Source of the DNA: a virus
Lineage: Duplodnaviria; Heunggongvirae; Uroviricota; Caudoviricetes
Virus record (IMG/VR): IMGVR_UViG_3300002641_000714
Length of the DNA stretch: 64,000 nucleotides
Reading direction: 5' to 3' (one strand)
Shown: positions 9,995 through 19,473 of the stretch, piece after piece
Layout of the letters: every line of letters starts with the position of its first letter
Numbering within the stretch: position 1 is the first letter of the stretch
The notes under the pieces: generated by a model
Told to the model about the DNA's origin: nothing
What the model saw: only the letters and a program-made list of their open reading frames with translations
Database searches by the model: none
Translations under genes and position numbers: made by a program

Positions 9995-10696
9995 TTATTC
10001 TTCCAAAAATTTAAAATGCCTTTCGTATACATGCAATGAACCTGCATTCCAAATTAATTTACCTCGATAAACAGGACATCCTAATTTTTCAGATAAATCC
10101 TTAATCATCTTGTCAAAAACATACATATGCCAACATGCATCATTACAAAATCCAAAAACTGCATCATTACTTCTCATAAATACATGATAATCAAGCATAT
10201 AACCATCTGCAATATGTCCTTCACTATCTTTAATATCATTCAAAAAACATTGAACTGCATAGGTACAACAAAAATCATGTTTATGATTAGATGTTGCGTC
10301 AACATGCATATTTGGCCTATTATAAATCATGCAAGCTTCTCTTGTTACCAGGTCATTAACTAATTGCCAAATACAATTATTATATTGTGATCCATTTTCT
10401 TTAGAATAAATCATCCAACCATAATTTGAATTAATGTCACCATTTACATCTGCACATTGTTTCCAAATTGTCGGCGCGCCTCCTGGAATATCATTAACAT
10501 TTAATGATTGTGATTCATACCATTCAATTTCACGTTTTGCATAATCATAATTCGGTTCACGAATAATAGAATCTTTGTCAGCTTCAAATTGAATGCCTTG
10601 CAATTCAACCGTTTTTACACCAGTTTTTGTTATTCTGAAATCACCATTTTTATACTTTTCTACTAAAAGTTTCTTTACATCTTCTGTCTTTAACAT
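9995..10696 (-). CDS. dCMP hydroxymethylase (thymidylate-synthase fold, T4 gp42-like)
   Basis: Matches T4 gp42 as I recall it: TKTGVKTVELQGIQF, IEWYESQSLNVNDIPGGAPTIWKQ...GDINSNYGWMIY, MRSNDAVFGFCNDACW, GKLIWNAGSLHVYERHF. Asp in the FGFCND position, where thymidylate synthase has Asn, suggests dCMP specificity. Confidence 0.8.
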   Translation of the reverse strand: MLKTEDVKKLLVEKYKNGDFRITKTGVKTVELQGIQFEADKDSIIREPNYDYAKREIEWYESQSLNVNDIPGGAPTIWKQCADVNGDINSNYGWMIYSKENGSQYNNCIWQLVNDLVTREACMIYNRPNMHVDATSNHKHDFCCTYAVQCFLNDIKDSEGHIADGYMLDYHVFMRSNDAVFGFCNDACWHMYVFDKMIKDLSEKLGCPVYRGKLIWNAGSLHVYERHFKFLEE

Positions 10697-10701
10697 AACT
10701 A

Positions 10702-11262
10702 CTAATTAAACTCTTTTATTATTTCTTCTCGGCTTTTAAACTCATCTGTATTTTCTTTATTAACATAAATTATATGTTTATTTCTTAATAAAGAATGATC
10801 ATATGCAGTTTTGAATAATTCTAATTCTTTTTTAATTAAATCAATATCTGCATTTGATAAAGATTTATTATCATCATTTTTTCTAAGTAATTCCGGTGAT
10901 GTTGATAATAATTGAATATATAAAATATCATCTTGCGGAATTTTCTCTAAAATATGTTTTTCAATAAGCTTTATTGTTTCAAGAATTTGTTCAGGATTTT
11001 CATCTCTATAAAGTTGTCCATAAACATATTCTCCAATATAATACCGATTATATATCAATATATTATTATCATTGTTTATATAATCTTTTATTGCAATATC
11101 AGCTAATGATTTATAATTAATAAATTGGTGATATAATACATTTTGTTTAACTTTTGGTTTACTACAATGAATAACCTTTACAATTTCGTTATTTTCTAAA
11201 ATATTATTAATAAGTGTATTCTTACCGGTATTATCCGGTCCATCAATAATAATTACCTTCAT
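10702..11262 (-). CDS. dNMP kinase (T4 gp1-like)
   Basis: The P-loop IIIDGPDNTGKNTL has the unusual GxxxxGK(D/N)T form of T4 gp1 (GVKRSGKDT). Adjacent to the hydroxymethylase. Ends TAG TAG, then 2 codons and a TAA overlapping the next ATG. Confidence 0.6.
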   Translation of the reverse strand: MKVIIIDGPDNTGKNTLINNILENNEIVKVIHCSKPKVKQNVLYHQFINYKSLADIAIKDYINNDNNILIYNRYYIGEYVYGQLYRDENPEQILETIKLIEKHILEKIPQDDILYIQLLSTSPELLRKNDDNKSLSNADIDLIKKELELFKTAYDHSLLRNKHIIYVNKENTDEFKSREEIIKEFN

Positions 11263-11334
11263 TAAGAATAATTTAATTTTTCATTTAATATTTTATGATA
11301 ATATTTATAAATTGTTTAATAATTAAAAACAAAA

Positions 11335-11356
11335 GGTTGAACTTAAAAATTCAACC
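11335..11356 (-). terminator. Terminator hairpin
   Basis: ggttgaa / ttcaacc stem with an 8-nt loop. On the minus strand it is followed by ttttgttttt. Confidence 0.5.
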
Positions 11357-11377
11357 AAATAATTAAAATATTTCAAA

Positions 11378-11695
11378 TTAAATCATAATAACAAAGTTTT
11401 TTGCAGAATCATATTCATTAGTTGTACAAACCAAAGTATGTGCTTTATTAACTGCCTGTAATGATGTTACATCAAGATTTGGATTAACAGAACCTACAAT
11501 AAATAAATCATAATCATTCAAATTTGTTGCATCCTTCATCTCACCGATTATTGTATTATAATTATCAGTATCAAAATAACGTGTACAAATAACTGCATTT
11601 TCAATCTGACGTGATGCATATTTCTCAAGTTTCTTAATAAATTTTGTCATTTCCAGTCTGTCATTGGTAATAGCTGTTACAATTATTGTTTTCAT
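11378..11695 (-). CDS. Hypothetical protein
   Basis: 105-aa ORF with a TAA stop. Confidence 0.5.
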   Translation of the reverse strand: MKTIIVTAITNDRLEMTKFIKKLEKYASRQIENAVICTRYFDTDNYNTIIGEMKDATNLNDYDLFIVGSVNPNLDVTSLQAVNKAHTLVCTTNEYDSAKNFVIMI

Positions 11696-11847
11696 ATATC
11701 TTTTAAATTATTTTTTATTATTTAATTATTATAAATCTTTATAAAATAATGTTTCAAATTTTACAGTAAAAATGAGTAAAATTTTTCATTTTGCCCATTT
11801 TCTTTTTAATTAAAAATAAATATATTACAAAATAATACATAGTAAAA

Positions 11848-13035
11848 ATGAATAAAAAGATAATATATGAATCTATAATGAGTTTAGTTGCTAAACAAGT
11901 AAAAAATGTGCTTAATGAGTATAGAACTGCCGCACCTGAACATAATATAGATATAACAGATCTTAAACAATTTTTAAAAATGACTATACAGGAATGGATT
12001 TATAAAAAATTTACATCTATTCCAAATTTAACAAATAGATTTTATAGTTTTACATATGAACCTTATGGCAAATTGACTCTTTATATTGGTTCGGTATATT
12101 CAAATCAACCTATAAAACTAACAATTTCTCCTTAGCTTGGTTATTATAATATTAGAGAAGATTTGTAGAAAATTCAAGAATATATTAAAAAACATAAAGA
12201 ATTTAAAATTATATCTTCTAAAATTCAAACATTATAGCAAATACAAGTTGAATATAATTTTAAAAAGGATGATGATTTACAACTTGCACTGGCAGATGCC
12301 GAAAGAAAATTTGATATGGAAGTTGATGCAACTGATACTGATGAATATGCGCCAACAGTAAGAGACTGGATGAAAATGATTGATTATAAAAATAGACATT
12401 CAAATCCAGAAAGAGTTGCAAATTCATGTAAAGATAATAATAAAATAGTTGCCAGATATATTATTGCAAATACATTAGGATGGAAAGAAGCAGTTAAAGC
12501 ATTTAAAGATAGAATATATGATTTGAATATATTAAATGATGCACAGCTTGAAGCATATAGAAGAAAATATGCAACATATAATATACCTGAAGATATAAAA
12601 GAATTAATAGTTGATCTTCAAGAATATGATGAAAAGGGTGGTTTTGGAGAAACAGAACATTCTGAAATATTTCCTGAAAATCTTAAAAAATATATACATT
12701 AGAATAATAATATTAATTCTTATAAAATTGAATTAATTGATGGGGCTCCAGTTAAAGAACATAGAACACAAAGACATAGAATTGATGCACATCATTATGA
12801 TTATCATTCAGATACAGTTCCTCAAGGAACTATTGATCAGGCTAAAGTAACTTTTAAGCTTTTTGATAATTCTGAAGTAGAATTATATTATGTATATAGA
12901 AAAAAGAATGGAAATTATGTTGGACGTTTTTATAAAAGCAAAATTATATTATATGATTGGGATGAATATAGACGGTTATTTAATGCAACATCTGCTGTTC
13001 ATACATTAAAATGGTGTTTTGATGAAGAAGATTAA
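11848..13035 (+). CDS. Leader-family-2 protein (395 aa) with 4 in-frame TAG codons
   Basis: N-terminal MNKKIIYESIMSLVAKQVKNVLNE leader. The track ORFs 11848..12135 and 12316..12702 share one frame and are joined through TAGs at 12133, 12166, 12235 and 12700. Ends TAA at 13033-13035. The late-type motif aaaaataaatatatta is upstream (11812-11828). Confidence 0.6.
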
Positions 13036-13043
13036 AAAACAAA

Positions 13044-13065
13044 GGTTGGAATTAATTTTCCAACC
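13044..13065. terminator. Bidirectional terminator hairpin
   Basis: ggttggaa / ttccaacc 8-bp stem with T/A runs on both sides. It lies between the plus gene ending at 13035 and the minus gene ending at 13071. Confidence 0.6.
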
Positions 13066-13070
13066 TTTTC

Positions 13071-13433
13071 TTACGCACTAAAACTTATAGTTTCATATCC
13101 ATCATCTGTCAATTTTTCTAATTCACATGTAGAATCTGTGCATGGTTGCCAACTTCCGTATTTTGAAGATTCTTGCAATGCATCTACAGTAAATATTACC
13201 CGATCAATATTTGTATCACCTGTTTCTTTAATATAGTCAATACAACATTGAACCAGCCGGTCTTGAAGTTTTTTTGCAAGTTTATTTTGGTTTGGATCTG
13301 CTAATAATTGTTCTCGTTTTTTAATGTCTTCAACTTCTTGCTCAAGCTTTTCAAGATGATGTTTTACAATTCTATCTTTTTTATCTTGAGATAATTTCTC
13401 AAATTGTTCCATAATTTTTTCAGGTTTTCTCAT
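13071..13433 (-). CDS. Hypothetical coiled-coil protein
   Basis: 120-aa ORF with a TAA stop. Confidence 0.5.
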   Translation of the reverse strand: MRKPEKIMEQFEKLSQDKKDRIVKHHLEKLEQEVEDIKKREQLLADPNQNKLAKKLQDRLVQCCIDYIKETGDTNIDRVIFTVDALQESSKYGSWQPCTDSTCELEKLTDDGYETISFSA

Positions 13434-13436
13434 AAG

Positions 13437-13640
13437 TTACTTCACCATTATTACTTTAATTGTTGTATTTTGTTTTTGCATTTCTTCTAATAAAACAATC
13501 TTATGTTCAAGTGAATCTACTTTATTTTGGTTTTCAATAGCAATATTATGGCTGTCTATTGCAATTTCAAAAATCATAAATAATAGAATTCCAATTATAA
13601 CAAATACAATACCTAAAAATATTTTCCAATTCGTTGACAT
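13437..13640 (-). CDS. Small membrane protein (one TM helix plus a coiled coil)
   Basis: Hydrophobic segment IFLGIVFVIIGILLFMIF. TAA stop. Confidence 0.45.
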   Translation of the reverse strand: MSTNWKIFLGIVFVIIGILLFMIFEIAIDSHNIAIENQNKVDSLEHKIVLLEEMQKQNTTIKVIMVK

Positions 13641-13646
13641 AATTTA

Positions 13647-14264
13647 TTACTTATTTAAATATGCATAAAGCAAAGTTAAACCTTCTTTTTTAGCTTCAAC
13701 ACCGGTACCTTCCAAAACACGAGTATCAAATGGATGTGTAATAAAATGCACACCGTGAACTGTTTTTATACATTCAATAATATTATTGTCATGTCCGGAT
13801 TGTGCACGATTTACTTTATTAATAATTTCAATTTGAATTGTTTCATCTTCAGAATCAACATCAATAATCCAGAATTTGTTTCCGTTCGAACCGGATTTCA
13901 TAACAGCAGAATCAAGCATTCCTTTAAGAAGCATTGAAGAACCGCCATTAACCTCATTCTTAATATTTTCCATTACAATAGATTGCAACGAAAAAAGAAC
14001 ATTAAGAATTGGTTTCGGATTAACACAAATATATGCCCGGCACTGATAACGCTTACAAAGTTCAATAATCTCATCTTTTTTATAATCAAAATCCTCAAGA
14101 CTTTGAATATGATAAGATTTAATAGTTCGCTCTTTATGTTCTGCGTTATCCTTTGCACGCATAACAACCCAAATCCAAATAATGGATTTCTTATTATCTG
14201 CTACAAATGTAGTGTCATCACAAAGGAATCGTCTTAGTTTGTCAAAGTTATTAATTTCTTTCAT
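13647..14264 (-). CDS. Hypothetical protein
   Basis: 205-aa ORF with a TAA stop. No confident family assignment. Confidence 0.55.
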   Translation of the reverse strand: MKEINNFDKLRRFLCDDTTFVADNKKSIIWIWVVMRAKDNAEHKERTIKSYHIQSLEDFDYKKDEIIELCKRYQCRAYICVNPKPILNVLFSLQSIVMENIKNEVNGGSSMLLKGMLDSAVMKSGSNGNKFWIIDVDSEDETIQIEIINKVNRAQSGHDNNIIECIKTVHGVHFITHPFDTRVLEGTGVEAKKEGLTLLYAYLNK

Positions 14265-14266
14265 AA

Positions 14267-14569
14267 TTATTTAAGATTTTGTAATTCGCGTTTTCTACGT
14301 TCTGCACAGTATTTACAATTGCCTTTGTGAGCCAAATATCCATAGCCAGTACCCGGCTCGTATCTATTACCAATAAGATACTCACAACTATCAATAACTA
14401 CAGTTCTAAGACAAAGGTCTCCGTATTGTTCATTTACATTAATAATATCTGCTTTTACTTTATATACATCATTGGTTCTTTCAACCTCATGATATATATT
14501 CGTATCAGGTTGTTCGCTACAAGAAGCCATTGCAAATAAAATACTTATTAAAATAAAAATTTTCTTCAT
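14267..14569 (-). CDS. Small lipoprotein
   Basis: Internal start MKKIFILISILFAMASCSEQ (signal peptide plus lipobox). The track's longer N-terminus overlaps the upstream gene and is unlikely to be real. Confidence 0.5.
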   Translation of the reverse strand: MKKIFILISILFAMASCSEQPDTNIYHEVERTNDVYKVKADIINVNEQYGDLCLRTVVIDSCEYLIGNRYEPGTGYGYLAHKGNCKYCAERRKRELQNLK

Positions 14570-14570
14570 A

Positions 14571-14942
14571 TTATTTTGATTTTTTAGTTCTTGTTTTCTT
14601 TGGTTTTTCTTCAATTTCACCTTTAGCAATCTTTTCTGCTTTTTCTTTAGCCTTAGCTTCACGTTTCAACTTTCGTTGTTTATCACCCCACTCCTTTGCT
14701 CTTTCTACAAGTTCTTTATGTTTTTGTTCAGCTTCCTTAGGATGTTCACGTTCCCATTGAATTTGGTCCCATACAAAACTTCCATAACCAAGTTTCCAAC
14801 TATGATAGTGCGGGCACATTAAAAACCAATGCGCATCTTGTCCCTCTTCAATGCATTTACCTTTCATTATGCATGTTTTCTTACAAACATCCTCTTGAAA
14901 TTGAGGAACATCTTTTTTATCATAAAATGATTGATTAGCCAT
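14571..14942 (-). CDS. Hypothetical protein with a basic C-terminal tail
   Basis: 123-aa ORF with a TAA stop. Confidence 0.55.
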   Translation of the reverse strand: MANQSFYDKKDVPQFQEDVCKKTCIMKGKCIEEGQDAHWFLMCPHYHSWKLGYGSFVWDQIQWEREHPKEAEQKHKELVERAKEWGDKQRKLKREAKAKEKAEKIAKGEIEEKPKKTRTKKSK

Positions 14943-14944
14943 AA

Positions 14945-15313
14945 TTATTTTAAAATACGTTCAAAAAAATGTTTCTTTATATCTTCATCACTGTTATAAT
15001 CAATGAAAACACATTGAACTGTAGTTCTTGCTCTCAGATTTCGTTCTCCTATGTTTATATTTGGGTCATTTTTAAAGGCAATTAATTTTTCAATATCATT
15101 TTTATTAATATGCACATATCCTTTATTATCTTGTACACCAAATATTCTAATAAGTCCTCCATAGAACATTATTTTGAAATCGTCATCAGAAAGATGTGAT
15201 AACACTTCCGGAATATTATATTGGTCATCTGCAATAAATGAACCATCTTCATACCACTTAATTATCTCAGACAATAATCTAAATGAGTTATCAAAAAATA
15301 TGTTTCGTATCAT
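14945..15313 (-). CDS. Hypothetical protein
   Basis: 122-aa ORF with a TAA stop. Confidence 0.55.
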   Translation of the reverse strand: MIRNIFFDNSFRLLSEIIKWYEDGSFIADDQYNIPEVLSHLSDDDFKIMFYGGLIRIFGVQDNKGYVHINKNDIEKLIAFKNDPNINIGERNLRARTTVQCVFIDYNSDEDIKKHFFERILK

Positions 15314-15354
15314 TTTATATAAAATTAAAATTATTTACTTAAAATAAAAGTTAT

Positions 15355-15480
15355 GGACCAAAATAACGTATTTGCTGCCCACGCAGCAGTTTGCCATTCT
15401 TTATCTATTAAATAACATCCAATAGCAAAAATAGAAATTGCAATTGTTACAAGACTTAAAAATTTAAGGGTTTTCATACT
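15355..15480 (-). CDS. Small membrane protein (about 41 aa)
   Basis: MKTLKFLSLVTIAISIFAIGCYLIDKEWQTAAWAANTLFWSI. The early promoter-like motif is directly upstream. Confidence 0.35.
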
Positions 15481-15506
15481 TTTAATATTTAAATGTTAAT
15501 ACTATC

Positions 15507-15560
15507 TTTTTTAATTACGATGCAAAGATAATACTTTTTTCTTAAATTAAAAAATAGAAG
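15507..15560 (-). promoter_or_regulatory. Conserved early/middle promoter-like motif
   Basis: ttttaattacgatgcaaagataatacttttttcttaaattaaaaaatagaag. On the coding strand this reads CTTCTATTTTTTAATTTAAGAAAAAAGTATTATCTTTGCATCGTAATTAAAA, ending about 25 nt before the ATG. Confidence 0.55.
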
Positions 15561-15567
15561 TTAATAT

Positions 15568-15732
15568 TCATCTGGATAAAAACCTAATACGATCATTGGT
15601 TCAAATACCTCATCATGGTCTTGTGTGACATCATAAAGATGTGCATTGTCATATGTTTCTGCTTTTATTGTACACTCACTTGGGTCAAAACCATTTTCGT
15701 TTGCATAATCTATTAAATCTTGTAATGTCATA
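15568..15732 (-). CDS. Small hypothetical protein (54 aa)
   Basis: MTLQDLIDYANENGFDPSEC... It sits between two promoter-motif instances. Confidence 0.35.
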
Positions 15733-15760
15733 ATTTTAAATATTTAAAAGTTAATATTAT

Positions 15761-15811
15761 TTTTAATTACGATGCAAAATTAATACTTTTTTCTTAAATT
15801 AAAAAATAGAA
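15761..15811 (-). promoter_or_regulatory. Conserved early/middle promoter-like motif
   Basis: ttttaattacgatgcaaaattaatacttttttcttaaattaaaaaatagaa. Confidence 0.55.
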
Positions 15812-15824
15812 ATTAAAAATAAAA

Positions 15825-15840
15825 GGTGGAATTACCCACC
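15825..15840 (-). terminator. Terminator hairpin after the RNA-ligase gene
   Basis: On the minus strand GGGTGG-gtaatt-CCACC is followed by TTTTATTTTT. Confidence 0.55.
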
Positions 15841-15846
15841 CTTCAT

Positions 15847-17529
15847 TCAATTTTCTTCAGAAGAATCGTCCGTGTATCGTTCTTGCATTTCAATATCATT
15901 AGAACGTCCTTTATCAATATCTTCTGCTTCTTTTCCGAGGAACTTCAAGCACTTAAGTTTAAATGCCTCTGCCATTGGATCATCATTGATTCGAAGAACA
16001 ATGCCTTCACGTGGAAGTTTATTTTTACACAATGGTTCATCCATTTCCATACAGAATTTCTTATCAGATTTCATTGCATTCAAAACATTTTCATGCCAAT
16101 GATTTTTAATATCAATTTCAGGATACAAATTCTTCATATCTCCATTATACAAAATTGGAATAGGAACAATTTGATCTGCATAATGAGTTCCGTGCATATT
16201 ATCAAGCTCTTTAAGAGTAAAAATAAGTGCTCGCTCAGTATAATCGTGAACATCTTGAACATTGAACTCAAATACTTGTCCATCTTCCATTACTCGTTTG
16301 ATACGATAAATCATAAGTTTATTCTCACCAGGTTTGCAACCATAATCGTAAACTTTACCTCCAAGAGATTGAATACCAGAAGTACTGTCAGGAAGATAGC
16401 CTACAATTTCACCATATAAAGTCATTCCTTGCGGAATAATACCTTTAAGGATATCATAGTATTGCTTCCATACATCAACTCCATAAAAACCGTCTTTTTT
16501 AGATTGAATAGGATTTTTAAACAAGTCTTTAATTTTATCCCAGAAAGTTTTAGGTGTTCCGTCTTCATTCAATACACGTTTGTTTTTCTTAAACAATGAA
16601 CGCAGTGTACGTGTAATATGATTATACCAAGTATAAATGTATTGATATACAGCTGCAAGCATATTTTGATTTTTAATTACACTACGAGAACTATAAATTA
16701 CATCATAATCTTCAGTAGTAAATTGCAAGAACTTTGGCAAATATACAAATAGTTTTGAATATAACCCTCTATATTTCGGCTTATGAACTTTTACATTACC
16801 AAAAATTGCTGATGTTCCATGAAGCTTTACTGAAATTGCAACTGAAGTTTCAGGCTGCAATCTTCCAATCTCACGTTGAAGTTGTTGAGTATCATAGTGG
16901 AATGCAAATTGTCCAGGAATCATACGATCATATTTTTTAATTTGTTTTTCATGACGTCCAACTCGATTTCCACGTTTCTCTTCTTTAACTTCAGGAACAT
17001 ATGCCTTTACGAACAAATCACCATTAATGGTATCAAAATCTTCACCAATATGTTGAGACCAATCAAAATGCTCAATAAGAAAAGTCTCATTGTAGGTACT
17101 CATTTGATCAGGTGAAATAAGATATCCCATAGACATAACGCCCTTAATTCGCTTCATACGAACACGACATTTCTTATCAAAGTATCCACGATTAGCTGCA
17201 ATATATGATTTAATATCATCTTCAGATACCCTGTCTGCTTTCATTTGCTCTACATGTTTTTGAATTTCAGAATAATTTGCATTAAGTTCCTCATCCTGAA
17301 ACTCATTGTTATAATGCAAAAAAAGTTGATCAAGCTGGCACTCATTAGATACATAAATCATAATATCGCCCTCTTTAACGCGATCTTTACGAACTACAAT
17401 TTCTCGACCTTCAACCATTACAGTGGCGAGAAAATCAGTTCCTTCAATTGGAGTCAATTCACCCAATTGAACAACAGTGGCACAATACTCATGTGACATG
17501 TCTTTAGATTGTGATAGTAAATTTCTCAT
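15847..17529 (-). CDS. Putative RNA ligase (Rnl2-like nucleotidyltransferase)
   Basis: Motif I VKLHGTSAIFGNV (T4 Rnl2 has KIHGTN), an EGIVLR motif-IV-like element, and an N-terminal extension. TGA stop. Confidence 0.5.
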   Translation of the reverse strand: MRNLLSQSKDMSHEYCATVVQLGELTPIEGTDFLATVMVEGREIVVRKDRVKEGDIMIYVSNECQLDQLFLHYNNEFQDEELNANYSEIQKHVEQMKADRVSEDDIKSYIAANRGYFDKKCRVRMKRIKGVMSMGYLISPDQMSTYNETFLIEHFDWSQHIGEDFDTINGDLFVKAYVPEVKEEKRGNRVGRHEKQIKKYDRMIPGQFAFHYDTQQLQREIGRLQPETSVAISVKLHGTSAIFGNVKVHKPKYRGLYSKLFVYLPKFLQFTTEDYDVIYSSRSVIKNQNMLAAVYQYIYTWYNHITRTLRSLFKKNKRVLNEDGTPKTFWDKIKDLFKNPIQSKKDGFYGVDVWKQYYDILKGIIPQGMTLYGEIVGYLPDSTSGIQSLGGKVYDYGCKPGENKLMIYRIKRVMEDGQVFEFNVQDVHDYTERALIFTLKELDNMHGTHYADQIVPIPILYNGDMKNLYPEIDIKNHWHENVLNAMKSDKKFCMEMDEPLCKNKLPREGIVLRINDDPMAEAFKLKCLKFLGKEAEDIDKGRSNDIEMQERYTDDSSEEN

Positions 17530-17646
17530 AATTTTAAATGTTTTTAATTGTTAATTTTTATTTTCTCCGCCACCAGCGATATTTCTATCGCAATTTATTA
17601 TTATAATTATTATTTATATTTTGTTTCAATCGGTTTATTACATTCA

Positions 17647-17922
17647 TTAATCGACAACTCCTAAAATTTTAGTATTATTGCCATACCAAAACCTCATGCA
17701 AGCAGGCTTATCATAATCATCAAGATAAAATTTATAACTACGAATAATTACTTTTGTATCTTCTGGATATTCTGGTTCACAAAATAAATGTTCTTTTTCA
17801 TAATCAAAATCATAATCTTTGCCTTCTGTCAATGTTGATAATTTTTCATATACAAGAGACATTGGTTTAGTTTCGAATTCACAAAATTCCAAATATAAAT
17901 TATTATAATCAGTTAATGTCAT
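17647..17922 (-). CDS. Hypothetical protein
   Basis: 91-aa ORF with a TAA stop. Confidence 0.5.
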   Translation of the reverse strand: MTLTDYNNLYLEFCEFETKPMSLVYEKLSTLTEGKDYDFDYEKEHLFCEPEYPEDTKVIIRSYKFYLDDYDKPACMRFWYGNNTKILGVVD

Positions 17923-17950
17923 ATCTTATTTTCTCTTTTTATAATTATTA

Positions 17951-18259
17951 TTATGGTACTATTTTCCATTGATAACACCACCATTTGATATTGTATTTTT
18001 CTTTAAGCCAACTCCAATGATTTTCTACTGATTTAAGAGTTCCTATCTTTTTATTTGCAGTACAATAAATAATGGGTTCATTTTCTAATTCTGGAAAATA
18101 AACATCTGCATTTTTCCATTCTATTGTTAATATAAAATTATCTTCCATAATTTTACAATCAAAATATTTTATATCAGCTTTCGAACCGTTTTCAATATCA
18201 ATAGGTAACAACTCGGGTTGTCTTGTTGTCATTGCAATACCTTTTGTAATTGCTTCCAA
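17951..18259 (-). CDS. Hypothetical protein
   Basis: 102-aa ORF. The listed start is TTG, so the true start is uncertain. A degenerate copy of the early motif lies at 18341-18378. Confidence 0.45.
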   Translation of the reverse strand: MEAITKGIAMTTRQPELLPIDIENGSKADIKYFDCKIMEDNFILTIEWKNADVYFPELENEPIIYCTANKKIGTLKSVENHWSWLKEKYNIKWWCYQWKIVP

Positions 18260-18527
18260 TGCAGCTTTGTCTTCACTATGTAATCCGTCAAACCAATTCT
18301 TTATGTCAGGATTTTTACTTATATCCTCAACTGTTTTTATTTTTTAATTACAACGTAAAAATAATAAAAATGGAAGTTAATAATTTCTTTGTTTTCTTTC
18401 AGGTTTTAAACTAACATTAGTTTCAAATAATTCACAACTACAATTTTTTGATTTTTCGCAGTTATTAAATAAGTTGCATATTTTACAATACTGAGATTCC
18501 ATAATTAATTATTGTATTTTAATTTTA

Positions 18528-19109
18528 TTATTTACGTATTCTGAGCTCAGCAAAATCCCATATTTCTTTAATACATTTTTTATTAATGTATGATTCAGGA
18601 TCTAATCCTAATATTTCCTTTTCAGCTAAATCATTAAATACCTCTGTCAAAAAGTGTGCGGTATCTTTATGCATTTTTGCAATTTTCTTTTTGTTTTCCC
18701 ACCACTCAAATTCGCCTTTATATGTAAAATTGTTACCAAGATATGCTTTTGCCGCACCAATATAATCACAAACCATCTCAACTGCATATTTATAGGGCAT
18801 TTTTATGCAAACCGTGCCTTCATCATATCTATCTGTCCAATATTCATAATGATGAGGATTACGGCCTTTATGATGCTGCCATGCTAATGAATACCCTTTA
18901 TCTGCCTTACATACATTGATTGGCGAACTTGTTCCTTGATAATATCTTACAGATTCCCAAAATTCAACCCATGAAAATTTAGACAAATCGTGAGTAATAC
19001 CTTGCCAATACAATCCAGCCTTAAAGCAATAATATGCTACCCAGAATTTATGTACACAAATTTTCTTAAAATGCGCTAATGTATTTTTTAATGTAATTTT
19101 ATGCTTCAT
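18528..19109 (-). CDS. Hypothetical protein (His-rich motifs HHKGRNPHHYEYW)
   Basis: 193-aa ORF with a TAA stop. Confidence 0.55.
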   Translation of the reverse strand: MKHKITLKNTLAHFKKICVHKFWVAYYCFKAGLYWQGITHDLSKFSWVEFWESVRYYQGTSSPINVCKADKGYSLAWQHHKGRNPHHYEYWTDRYDEGTVCIKMPYKYAVEMVCDYIGAAKAYLGNNFTYKGEFEWWENKKKIAKMHKDTAHFLTEVFNDLAEKEILGLDPESYINKKCIKEIWDFAELRIRK

Positions 19110-19114
19110 AATTT

Positions 19115-19336
19115 TTATTTATTAGGCCCTGTAATTTTCATATAGCTTTTTTCTTCTTTTAACTTTTTTTCAAGCCATGTAGCATAATCAGTCCACCAAA
19201 CATTAAGAGTTGTAGTTTTTCCACCAATAACAATAGTATAACCGACCTCTTCACCCTCTGCACATGGTATAAATGTAACATCACCGATAGGATGAATATT
19301 CATTTCTTGTTCAAGATATTCAACAATATATTTCAT
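19115..19336 (-). CDS. Hypothetical protein
   Basis: 73-aa ORF with a TAA stop. Confidence 0.5.
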   Translation of the reverse strand: MKYIVEYLEQEMNIHPIGDVTFIPCAEGEEVGYTIVIGGKTTTLNVWWTDYATWLEKKLKEEKSYMKITGPNK

Positions 19337-19353
19337 AACTTTATTAAATTATT

Positions 19354-19473
19354 TTAACCCAAAAATAAGCCCACAATTACACCTAATATTGCTCCAATTG
19401 CTCCGCAACCTAAAATATATAGAATTGCCAATACCCACACAGGGAATTCAAATTCAAATTTTACCTTTTTCAT
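19354..19473 (-). CDS. Small membrane protein (39 aa)
   Basis: MKKVKFEFEFPVWVLAILYILGCGAIGAILGVIVGLFLG. Its ATG overlaps the stop of the upstream gene (ATGA). Confidence 0.35.
   Translation of the reverse strand: MKKVKFEFEFPVWVLAILYILGCGAIGAILGVIVGLFLG

Noticed and set aside
15826-16419. Plus-strand ORFs nested in minus-strand genes (e.g. 15826..16419, 30917..31447, 37896..38207, 60127..60606, 41992..42348)
   Set aside because: They are low-complexity and hydrophobic, fully inside and antisense to (or out of frame with) well-supported genes. 41992..42348 is an alternate frame of the DUF285 repeat gene. 60127..60606 is the Cys/Leu-rich antisense of the Q/A/P-rich gp32 tail.
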